A stretch of 64,000 bases of DNA. Source: Bdellovibrionota bacterium. GTDB lineage: Bacteria > Bdellovibrionota_C > UBA2361 > OMII01. Both the position numbers and the translations under genes were made by a program. Location of the stretch: positions 2,519-66,518 of the forward strand of contig JBILEW010000008.1 in assembly GCA_044351885.1 (NCBI GenBank), in the 5' to 3' direction. Below the pieces are notes generated by a model. The model saw nothing but the letters and a program-made list of their open reading frames with translations, was not told the DNA's origin and did not search any database. Below, piece by piece: positions 8,940 to 16,940 of this stretch; the first letter of the stretch is position 1, and every line of letters starts with the position of its first letter.

Positions 8940-9638
8940 ATGTCAGTCGAGTACCACATTACCGGCATTCTCCAAGCAGCGCTGTTCGTCCTATCGATCT
9001 CAGCGGTCTATGTGCAGCTTCGACTAGTTCGTGTGCGCCGTCGAGCTATCGCCCAGATGAAAACCGCAGAGGTTGCTACAGACAATTTGTCGGTGATTGC
9101 GGTCGTGGGGGCATTCGCTGCCTTTTTTTCCTTTCTCATTTTCAGCACTGCGACCGTCCCCTTTGCTCATTACATCTTCTGGAGTCGAATTCCGGCATGC
9201 ATCCTTGCGATACTTTTGTTGTGGGAGTTTCGACGTGACCATATCGATGGCGTCGTTCCACTACTGGGGCCCCTCGCGGGAGGGTTGTTTGTATCCGGCC
9301 TCGTGAGTACGGCTCTTTTCCCCGGTGTGAGTCGTGACTTCATACACTCCCTGCAGGTTCTTGTTGTGAGCACCGGCGTGGTCTTGGTGGGAGGGCAGAT
9401 TCACCAGCTCTGGCTTCTTCTGAAGCAGCGACGCATCGGAGCTCTGTCTCTAAGGGCGAGAACTCTCAATGTGATGAAGGACGTCAGTACGATTGCATTC
9501 GGATTGACGCTCGGCGTTCATCAGAGTTGGTCCTTGGTTGCAGTAGCGGGAGCGAACGCTGCTATGACAGCCCTCGTGATTGGGGTGGGGATGTACATTT
9601 CGCGAGATACGCCTCGTGCGAGCGATTCAAGCGAGTGA
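8940..9638 (+). CDS. Multi-pass membrane protein with two-fold internal repeat (PQ-loop-like, tentative)
   Basis: 232 aa with an ATG start and about 7 hydrophobic helices. The second half carries GGQIHQLWLLLKQRRIGALSL, resembling a PQ-loop motif. The first half has the analogous YVQLRLVRVRRR. Confidence 0.5.
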   Translation: MSVEYHITGILQAALFVLSISAVYVQLRLVRVRRRAIAQMKTAEVATDNLSVIAVVGAFAAFFSFLIFSTATVPFAHYIFWSRIPACILAILLLWEFRRDHIDGVVPLLGPLAGGLFVSGLVSTALFPGVSRDFIHSLQVLVVSTGVVLVGGQIHQLWLLLKQRRIGALSLRARTLNVMKDVSTIAFGLTLGVHQSWSLVAVAGANAAMTALVIGVGMYISRDTPRASDSSE

Positions 9639-10139
9639 AGTCACGTTCACCTTTTGGATATCTATCATCGCGAGCCATCCGATGACTTTGGGGGTCGGGC
9701 CAACCCAGCCATGCATGGCGTAGACATCGCCGATCTTCGTTCCTTGGTGGAAGACTTGAAGATGTTCCCCACGTTCGTCTGCGCTGCAGTCGAGGACCTG
9801 CCCCGCGAACCGTATCGCTTGGGGAGTTTCGCTTGTCTCGAACCACAAGCAGGTTCCGGTGTGTCCAGAGCTTTCAAGTCCTGCGCGAAAGACGCTCAGA
9901 TTCATCTGTGCGATCCTCAAGCTCGAACGGATGTTCGCCCGCGCAAACATGTTCTCCATGTCATTCGCGAACAGCATGGATTGAGCGAATCGGTCTTGAG
10001 AGTTGAGGGAGTGGTCGATGAATGCTTCCAACTCGTCAGGGGTGTATGTGTGAGTCGGAGCGCATGCCTCCACCTGTGGCATACGAGCTCCGCCACACCA
10101 GGTTTTCAGAAAATTCGATATACCTTCTAAAACTTGCAT
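9627..10139 (-). CDS. Hypothetical protein
   Basis: The ORF-track entry starts at a TTG at 10163. I prefer the ATG at 10139 (MQVLEGISNF...), preceded by GAGAGGTG. I recognise no motif. Its 3' end overlaps the convergent 8940..9638 gene by 12 nt. Confidence 0.45.
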   Translation of the reverse strand: MQVLEGISNFLKTWCGGARMPQVEACAPTHTYTPDELEAFIDHSLNSQDRFAQSMLFANDMENMFARANIRSSLRIAQMNLSVFRAGLESSGHTGTCLWFETSETPQAIRFAGQVLDCSADERGEHLQVFHQGTKIGDVYAMHGWVGPTPKVIGWLAMIDIQKVNVTSLA

Positions 10140-10396
10140 GTAACACCTCTCAACGAGCCTCAAGATTGAGGCTAGGCTTCATTGCAGAGGGGTAATATCT
10201 CATCCTAGGAGTTTAGTCACGTGAGGCTCGCTCGATGTATCCGGAAGTATCTCTAACGTATCGTTTGAGACACAATCTGGGCGCTCTCGTGCTTTGCTTG
10301 TCTATAGCGACCTCGATTCGAACCCACAGCGCCTAGTGGCTGTCGCCGTCATTACTAGGGGGGGTGCCGTAGAGATGCGATGTACCAGGAGACCCT

Positions 10397-10873
10397 CTAC
10401 GCCGACTCGTGCGGAGACTGCGTCCGTTGACGGCGCGACTCGCGAGCCTTAGCGAGATCAATCAAGGTTGGGATCCTGACCGGCTTCTTGAATGTCACTC
10501 GCTCGGACGGAGATTTGCCTCCGGGTACGACAGCGAGCTTCTTTGAATTCTCAGGTTTCCCTTCGTCGGAATTGGCAGAGCTATCTTTCTGGGTATTTCC
10601 CATTGCTGCGAGCACACTCTCGAAGAGCGAGTCTTCGAACTCCTTGAGACGCTTGTCCTCCTCACTTGCGAGACGTTGCTCGCCGTTTACGATGCGTCCG
10701 ATGACCTGCGAGATAACTGGAATGACGAGCGCGCGCTCAGTCTCCGAAAGCTTTGCGAGACCGTCGAGTAAACTCGCAGTTCCCTCTCCGCCGACCCCTT
10801 CGAGAAGGGTTTGAAGTTGCAATTGAAGGCTCAAGAGGCTCTTTGTAAATTCTCCGCCCTGTGACCAATTCAT
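10397..10873 (-). CDS. Hypothetical protein (helical N-terminus, disordered acidic/basic C-terminus)
   Basis: 158-aa ORF with an ATG start and GGAG upstream. No motif recognised. Confidence 0.45.
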   Translation of the reverse strand: MNWSQGGEFTKSLLSLQLQLQTLLEGVGGEGTASLLDGLAKLSETERALVIPVISQVIGRIVNGEQRLASEEDKRLKEFEDSLFESVLAAMGNTQKDSSANSDEGKPENSKKLAVVPGGKSPSERVTFKKPVRIPTLIDLAKARESRRQRTQSPHESA

Positions 10874-11147
10874 AACTTAGGGTACTCCGAAAAGTGCTTG
10901 CTACATCCTCAACCCATGACGTGCAGAGTAGTGCCTTGAACACCTATCTGCACAAAACCCGAGTTTGCTTCAGAGTTCTTCGCAGGGTTGATTCTTAGGG
11001 ATTTGCAGGGGCTGTGCCAGTTGTAAGTGCTTGAATATACAGAGAGCGTTGTTGGGGATGGCTGTAGTGGTTATCGACGCTGTTTAACTTGTAGACACCT
11101 CGAGAACGCCGGGGGGGGGAGCCGCTACAGAAGGGAAGGGGGCGATC

Positions 11148-11223
11148 GGATTGCGGACTTTCTAGTCCGCCTTCTACTAGGGTCGTAATGCTGATAGCTG
11201 GCGGAGCGGAAGCTCCGCGGTCC
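11148..11223 (+). repeat. Family B 76-nt palindromic unit, copy 1 (5' end GGATTGCGG variant)
   Basis: GGATTGCGGACTTTCTAGTCCGCC...GGCGGAGCGGAAGCTCCGCGGTCC. Aligns over its full length with the copies at 14328, 32121 and 32217. Confidence 0.85.
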
Positions 11224-11238
11224 GGTGGAGGCAGAAAC

Positions 11239-11308
11239 GGACCGCGGACTTTCTAGTCCGCCTCCTGCTTTAGTTGCGACGCTAATAGCTAGCGGAGCGG
11301 AAGCGCGC
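11239..11308 (+). repeat. Family B unit, copy 2 (tandem, 15-nt spacer, 3' end degenerate)
   Basis: GGACCGCGGACTTTCTAGTCCGCC...AGCGGAGCGGAAGCgcgc. The terminal TCCGCGGTCC is lost. Confidence 0.8.
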
Positions 11309-11495
11309 AAGATGCAGAAGGCGCAAGTCCATCGGGTCCGGTAACTTGATTAATCTTCAGCTGTGTTCTCCACCGTTTCGCTTCTAGGTCTCTTCCTCTG
11401 CTCACAAACCACCACTAGTAGCTTCTATTTCCAACAGATGCGCTCACCTTTTTCTCCCGCCTTCTATGAGCGCCATATCCCAGGTTTCCCATTGT

Positions 11496-11524
11496 TTGAC
11501 TACAATCCTCAGCATGAATACCAT
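11496..11524 (+). promoter_or_regulatory. Candidate sigma70-type promoter for the ankyrin-repeat gene
   Basis: TTGACT (11496-11501), 17-nt spacer, TACCAT (11519-11524), about 30 nt upstream of the ATG at 11554. Confidence 0.35.
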
Positions 11525-11553
11525 CCGCGCCTGTAGTTGCGGAGCATGATGAT

Positions 11554-13923
11554 ATGCTGGACCGAGGTAATGCAAAGACTAAGGGAGAGAACACACCCCA
11601 AGCGCTCAGTCACGAGGACGTTGCAAAGCTTCTTTGTTTGCCTCATGTCCGGAATTTCCATCTGATCGGAAGTTTAGTCGAGAGGAATCATTACGACGAG
11701 AGAGATTACAAAAATCTGAGTGCCGCACAGGTTATAAGCATCGGAGAAAAAGTCATCAATGGTTTGGGTGAGTCCTTTTTTCCCCTGATCCTTGTCTCTG
11801 AAGATCGCGGTAAAAGCATACGAACCGCTATTCGGCTCGGTGCAAGTGTCACACTCGAGAAAAAGACAGACATCACTTCAGGTCATCACAAGCAAGAGAT
11901 ATTTCTCCGACGTCAGTTCATAAAGGCAACACCGCTCATGCAAGCGGTAGCGAATTATGCGCGCGGAATGGAAAACATCAAAGCCATTATCGCAGGTGGT
12001 GCTGACATTAATCACGTATCGTCGGAGGGCTTCACAGCGCTTCACGTTGCCGCAGCATACGGCGCTGGCCGAATCAGAGCCCTTATCCAATTAGGCGCAG
12101 ACCCAAATATCCCGCTTCCATCCGGCAAGCGGCTCATTGATGTGGCAAGCCCTGCCGTCAGGAAGGCGCTCGAGAAATCGAATGTTTCGCCATCCCCTGC
12201 TCAGGGCCGGGTGTCAACTGACTTGCAAGCGTCAAAGACTCCGGTAGTGCAGTCCGCAGAGGAGGCTTTTCAAAGGGTTCTTGGGTTACTGAGATCAAGC
12301 GGTGCAAGTCTCCAATCGGATGTTGTTGCGACACACAAGGACACCCCGCCGTTACTCCTACTGGCTCACCGAGCAGGCTTCTCGCCTGAAACGCTCAAGG
12401 AGCTTGTCGCTCTCGGAGCAGATCCGAACTTCCCCGTAGAAGGTGGACTTACTTTGCTCGGTGCTGCTCTGATTCAAGCGCACAGAGCTGGAGTCGACTT
12501 AGCTCTGGCGATCGGCACTACCCGTATCTTTACCGACTCGCAAGTGAAGTACATCCTTCCTCGCACTGGAGAAGAGGTAAGCCAGGATGACCTCACGAGA
12601 ATCGCACTTCAGCGGCTTCAAACTGAGAGCGACCCTGCCTTCCGCGAAGCGTGCGAGCTTTTCAAAAGACTCCGTTCCCCATACCAGTTTTACCTCTTCA
12701 GCGAGGCGCTCCAAGAGGTCAGTGACCGCTCGACTGGCCAGATGGGGCTCTCCTTCTACCAGATCGCTTCGAACATGCTCTACATAAAGCCAAAGGAACG
12801 ACCCCTTGGACAGTTGCTCGAGAAGATACGCATGTCAGGAGCCACGCAGGGTCATCACAACGAATCAGACCTCCTTATCCTGCTAAACGACCCGGCCGAA
12901 CCCAGAAAGAAGAACCTCTCCGACAACGCCGTCTGGAGATATATCCAGAAAACAACTCCGACGCGGGGAATAGATGAGTCCAAGAAGCACTGGGCGCTCT
13001 CGCGCATCGGCAGCCAGACCTATTCCTTCTCTCGCTGGCGTTTCGACGCGCAGGGTACAAAGCAGTCGGGAGACAATGAAATCCGCAATCCTTCGCTCCT
13101 CGAAGATTTTGGTGGCGTTCATTTCAGCCGCGAAGCTGAGAAAGGCCCATGGAACTCTCAGTTCGGCTCTCAAATCCTATTTCGTCCCGGCACGAAGCAG
13201 TTTTCGTATCAAGCATTCGACAGTGTAGGCAAACAGCGGAAGTACTCATTCGATGCTAAGACCACCGTCATCATGCGCCAGGGCTATCTTCTGGTGCATA
13301 ATCCGAAGAAGGGGATGCTAATCGTTCGTAATTCTTCACCCGAGTTCGGACGAGCCCTTCTCCCTCAGACCGCCTATTTTGTCAGCGCTGCCGAAGCTCG
13401 CACATACTCCGAAGCCGATCTCTTGGCTCCGTTTCCGCGAGTTTTTTCCGTCGGTAAGAACCCGCTCTCGTTTACGACAACTGGCGATTTCGACAGCGTC
13501 AATTCTCTCCTGAATGAATTAATCGGATTCGAAGACGAGTTTCGTAAATGGAAGTTTGACAGCGAACCGACCTCGGCATGGGTCCAGACTGATGGCAAGA
13601 AACCGAAATTGATCGGAGCCCATCGCTCACGTGGATATCAAAACTTCGTCAACCACCTAGAGCATCTTCTCGAGCATGCCGGTGGTCATGACCTTGCGTT
13701 GGCATTCGTGAATCCGGACTTTCCGTCGTGGCGCCAATACACATTTACAGATGCGGATGGAACCCAACAGCGATTCCTGCCGCTGAGCAGCGATACAATC
13801 GAGGCGATGCGCTCGCTCGGACAAAGGTCTGCTGCTGCGGAAGGGACAAGGAATGACATCGTAAACTTTTTTCAGCAGGCCGGACTTGATAAGCGGGCCG
13901 AACTGGTAATTCAGGCATTTTGA
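11554..13923 (+). CDS. Ankyrin-repeat protein with a large uncharacterised C-terminal region
   Basis: 789 aa with GGAG 9 nt upstream of the ATG. ANK repeats are visible (TPLMQAVANYARGMENIKAIIAGGADINHVSSEGFTALHVAAAYGAGRIRALIQLGADPNIP; PPLLLLAHRAGFSPETLKELVALGADPNFPVEGGLTLLGAAL). I recognise no motif in the remaining ~450-500 aa, and there is no signal peptide. Confidence 0.8.
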   Translation: MLDRGNAKTKGENTPQALSHEDVAKLLCLPHVRNFHLIGSLVERNHYDERDYKNLSAAQVISIGEKVINGLGESFFPLILVSEDRGKSIRTAIRLGASVTLEKKTDITSGHHKQEIFLRRQFIKATPLMQAVANYARGMENIKAIIAGGADINHVSSEGFTALHVAAAYGAGRIRALIQLGADPNIPLPSGKRLIDVASPAVRKALEKSNVSPSPAQGRVSTDLQASKTPVVQSAEEAFQRVLGLLRSSGASLQSDVVATHKDTPPLLLLAHRAGFSPETLKELVALGADPNFPVEGGLTLLGAALIQAHRAGVDLALAIGTTRIFTDSQVKYILPRTGEEVSQDDLTRIALQRLQTESDPAFREACELFKRLRSPYQFYLFSEALQEVSDRSTGQMGLSFYQIASNMLYIKPKERPLGQLLEKIRMSGATQGHHNESDLLILLNDPAEPRKKNLSDNAVWRYIQKTTPTRGIDESKKHWALSRIGSQTYSFSRWRFDAQGTKQSGDNEIRNPSLLEDFGGVHFSREAEKGPWNSQFGSQILFRPGTKQFSYQAFDSVGKQRKYSFDAKTTVIMRQGYLLVHNPKKGMLIVRNSSPEFGRALLPQTAYFVSAAEARTYSEADLLAPFPRVFSVGKNPLSFTTTGDFDSVNSLLNELIGFEDEFRKWKFDSEPTSAWVQTDGKKPKLIGAHRSRGYQNFVNHLEHLLEHAGGHDLALAFVNPDFPSWRQYTFTDADGTQQRFLPLSSDTIEAMRSLGQRSAAAEGTRNDIVNFFQQAGLDKRAELVIQAF

Positions 13924-13930
13924 GGGAGAT

Positions 13931-14257
13931 ATGACAACAATAACGGCAGTAGGAAACTCAACTGAAATCCCGGCGCTCGAGTCTGTGAACTTCCCGGCGC
14001 GCGCGTCTACGGAGACGGAACCGGCACCAGAGACAAAGCCGGCGCCGAATACTGACGCCCCTGAACCTGCAAAGCCCGCCAAAATCCCCAACGCAGTGCC
14101 TCTAACGCCATCCGATCCGGCGAGTGTTCCACCAAGAACCAGTCCGTGCGTACTGCCAGGCCGTCGTTCAAGCCCAAAACCAGAGTCGAATCCAGTGCCT
14201 CGAACAGCTCCGGAACACCTTCCGGATTTTGAACGTCCGCGACGAGGATGCGGTTGA
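13931..14257 (+). CDS. Possible Pro-rich low-complexity protein (uncertain; an alternative overlapping frame exists)
   Basis: ATG lies 7 nt after the ankyrin gene stop and is preceded by GGGAGAT. The 108 aa are rich in P/A/E/T (PAPETKPAPNTDAPEPAKPAKIP). The competing ORF 14124..14381 has a more globular-looking sequence but runs into a family B repeat. Confidence 0.3.
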   Translation: MTTITAVGNSTEIPALESVNFPARASTETEPAPETKPAPNTDAPEPAKPAKIPNAVPLTPSDPASVPPRTSPCVLPGRRSSPKPESNPVPRTAPEHLPDFERPRRGCG

Positions 14258-14327
14258 TGAAATTCCCCTGCCAACTCCCAGGACACTACTACCGTGCGCT
14301 GTCCGAGAGAAACACTGGAGGGTGATC

Positions 14328-14403
14328 GGACCGCGGACTTTCCAGTCCGCCTTCTGCTTTAGTCACGATGCCATCAGTTAGCGGAGCGGAAGCTCCGCGG
14401 TCC
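14328..14403 (+). repeat. Family B 76-nt palindromic unit, copy 3
   Basis: GGACCGCGGACTTTCCAGTCCGCC...TTAGCGGAGCGGAAGCTCCGCGGTCC, between the convergent ankyrin cluster and dxs. Confidence 0.9.
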
Positions 14404-14433
14404 ACAGTGGCCACTAGACGCGTAAGGCGTCCC

Positions 14434-16353
14434 TTACGCCACCAGCTTACTCGCCTTCACGTGAGCGAGGACGCACTCCGTAATGCTCTTTACGTCGTAG
14501 CCGTTCATGGTGTGCTGCTCGGCTTGGCTGCCGTGTGGAACGAATTCGTCGCGGACCCCCATGCGTTTGATCGGCGCTTGCAACTCGATACCGTTGTCGT
14601 TTGCGAATTCTACTACCGCCGAACCGAAGCCTCCTTCGAGCGCGTGATCCTCGATGGTACAGACGAGAGGATAATTCGGCAGCTCTTTCGCGAGCAGCTC
14701 GGTGTCGAGCGGCTTGGCGAAGCGGGCGTTGATGACTGTACACGTAATGCCCCGTTCGCCTTCGAGCTTCGTAGCAGCGGCGAGCGCGTTGTGGATGATC
14801 GGGCCGAAGCACACGAGCAGCACGCTCGTACCCCGACGCACGACCTCGCCACGACCTATCGGTAAAAGCTGGAGCTCTGGATCGATCTCGACGCCAACCC
14901 CGTTTCCGCGTGGATACCTTACCGCGATGGGTCCGTTGTGATTCACCGCGGTGTACACCATGTGACGAAGCTCGTTCTCGTCCTTCGGTGACATGATCGT
15001 CATGTTGGGAATGGTTCGCAGGTATGCAATGTCGAACACTCCCTGATGTGTTTCTCCATCGTTACCGACCACGCCACCTCGATCGATTGCGAAGGTGACC
15101 GGTAGATTCTGAACGCATACGTCGTGGACTACCTGATCATAGGCTCGCTGCAGAAAGGTCGAGTAGATCGCTGCAACAGGGCGCAAGCCCTCGCACGCCA
15201 ATCCAGCGGCGTAGGTCACCGCGTGTTGCTCGCAGATGCCGACATCGAACACCTGCTCGGGGAGTTCGGCGGCCATCTTGTCGAGACCTGTTCCGCTGGG
15301 CATAGCTGCGGTGATGGCGATGATCTTCTTGTCCTCTCGAGCAAGCGTCGTGAGGACCTCGGAGAATACTCCGGTGTAGCTAGGGAGTTTCTTCGGGGGA
15401 GTCGGAGCGTTGGCGGCTTTGAACTGACCATTAGATCTGTCGAAGGGGGTAACCCCGTGCCATGCGATCGGATCCTCCTCGGCAGGTTCGTAGCCTTTTC
15501 CTTTCGTGGTGCGGCAGTGAACAATAACCGGAATATCTTGGCGCTTGGCGTTTTGAAGCGCCTGCACCAGGGCAGGGAGGTTGTGTCCATCTACCGGTCC
15601 AATGTACCGGAATCCGAAGGCTTCGAAGAGCATTGCAGGGGAGGAGAAGAAGCTCTGAGTCGCCTCCTCGGCTCTGTCGATCGCTTTGTAGAGCAGCTCT
15701 GGGACGTATCCGCGACGGTAGAGGTCCTTGAACTTATCGCGAGCCCGCGAGCCCGTTTCGCCCGTCACGGTTCTCGAGAACAACCAGCTCAGCGCCCCCA
15801 CATTCTGCGAGATCGACATCTCGTTGTCGTTGAGTATGACGATGAAACGCTTGAGGCTCAGATCGCCAGCGTGGTTCATAGCCTCGAAAGCCATCCCGGA
15901 GGTGAGGGAGCCATCGCCTATGATCGGTACGACGAAACGCTCCGGTGCTATCCGATCCAGAGCCACCCGCATGCCAACACCTGCTGACACGCTGGTTCCT
16001 GCGTGTCCAGCTCCGAATGCGTCGTAGGGACTTTCTGAGCGCTTGAGGAAGCCCGACAAACCGTCGCGGGTGCGAATGCTTCCCATCTCGGCGCGACGAC
16101 CGGTGAGCATCTTGTGAATGTAAGCTTGATGACCGACATCCCAGATCAGGCGGTCGTTGGGGGTATCGAAGACGTGATGCAACGCCACCGTGATCTCGGT
16201 AGCCCCGAGACTCGAAGCGAAATGGCCACCGGATGCACTGACCGTGTCTATCAGCTCGTCGCGCAGTTCAGCCGCGACCTGTTCGAGAGCCGAGAGCTCC
16301 AAGCCGCGCAAACCGTCCGGTAACCTCAAAGTATCTATAAGCTTATTCGCCAT
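14434..16353 (-). CDS. dxs: 1-deoxy-D-xylulose-5-phosphate synthase
   Basis: 639 aa with GGHFASSLGATEITVALH, DVGHQAYIHKMLTGR and GDGSLTSGMAFEAMNHAG (TPP motif), plus transketolase-like middle and C-terminal domains. Confidence 0.97.
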   Translation of the reverse strand: MANKLIDTLRLPDGLRGLELSALEQVAAELRDELIDTVSASGGHFASSLGATEITVALHHVFDTPNDRLIWDVGHQAYIHKMLTGRRAEMGSIRTRDGLSGFLKRSESPYDAFGAGHAGTSVSAGVGMRVALDRIAPERFVVPIIGDGSLTSGMAFEAMNHAGDLSLKRFIVILNDNEMSISQNVGALSWLFSRTVTGETGSRARDKFKDLYRRGYVPELLYKAIDRAEEATQSFFSSPAMLFEAFGFRYIGPVDGHNLPALVQALQNAKRQDIPVIVHCRTTKGKGYEPAEEDPIAWHGVTPFDRSNGQFKAANAPTPPKKLPSYTGVFSEVLTTLAREDKKIIAITAAMPSGTGLDKMAAELPEQVFDVGICEQHAVTYAAGLACEGLRPVAAIYSTFLQRAYDQVVHDVCVQNLPVTFAIDRGGVVGNDGETHQGVFDIAYLRTIPNMTIMSPKDENELRHMVYTAVNHNGPIAVRYPRGNGVGVEIDPELQLLPIGRGEVVRRGTSVLLVCFGPIIHNALAAATKLEGERGITCTVINARFAKPLDTELLAKELPNYPLVCTIEDHALEGGFGSAVVEFANDNGIELQAPIKRMGVRDEFVPHGSQAEQHTMNGYDVKSITECVLAHVKASKLVA

Positions 16354-16725
16354 CGTGAGCCCTCGTACCGCCAGACAGCATACATGTATCGAGCCGGGTC
16401 AATCAAATGAGTGGATAGGAAAGGGTAGACTTTTCCTGCTACCACCCTAACTATCTGATGTTTCTCGCTTGAGATAGCCCCCCGAGGGTCGGAAGGGGTT
16501 ATATACCTATTGATAGATGTGTCCAGTACATGGTGCCTCTCAAAGCGACCCATCCCCCCACCTGACGTGCGCGCTAAGCCGGTGCTCGCAAGCGTTGCTC
16601 GAAATCCTTGCTCCCTCCCAAAGCGACAGCTCCGCGCACTTTCATATGCAGTCAGGAGGTAGCCTACCTGCGCTGTTCGAGATGAGGTGTCTCAGAAGTG
16701 CACTGCACTAAGGGAGGGAGACCCT

Positions 16726-16801
16726 GGACCGCGGAGTTTCCGCTCCGCTTGCTGTTAGCGTCGTGATCCCAAACGCTAGCGGACTAGAAAGTCCGCGGTC
16801 C
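16726..16801 (-). repeat. Family B 76-nt palindromic unit, copy 4 (inverted orientation)
   Basis: The plus strand reads GGACCGCGGAGTTTCCGCTCCGC...GCGGACTAGAAAGTCCGCGGTCC, which is the reverse complement of the other copies. Confidence 0.9.
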
Positions 16802-16940
16802 GCTCGCCGTTCTCACCTCGGAGACGAAGCATTTCAACCAACGCGGGTAGGACGGCAGCTTAGAATACACGCCAAGTTTAACGTTCTGTGGTTTAGAGAG
16901 GTAATATCTACCAGGGAATAAGCTCCTTTTGGCCATTTCC

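Noticed and set aside
10300-10335. T-loop-like GGGTTCGAATCGA on the minus strand suggesting a second tRNA
   Set aside because: The flanking bases do not form a T-stem (GTGGG versus CGAGG). No acceptor, D or anticodon arms could be built.
13657-14286. 209-aa minus-strand ORF overlapping the end of the ankyrin gene. The same applies to other long antisense ORFs inside confident genes (for example 5702..6349, 15124..15987, 16834..17721, 19981..20505, 21549..22160, 36674..37324, 43103..43591, 60732..61292)
   Set aside because: These are typical shadow ORFs of GC-rich coding sequence. They are Arg/Ser/Pro/Gly-rich, carry no motifs, and fully overlap genes with strong family signatures.
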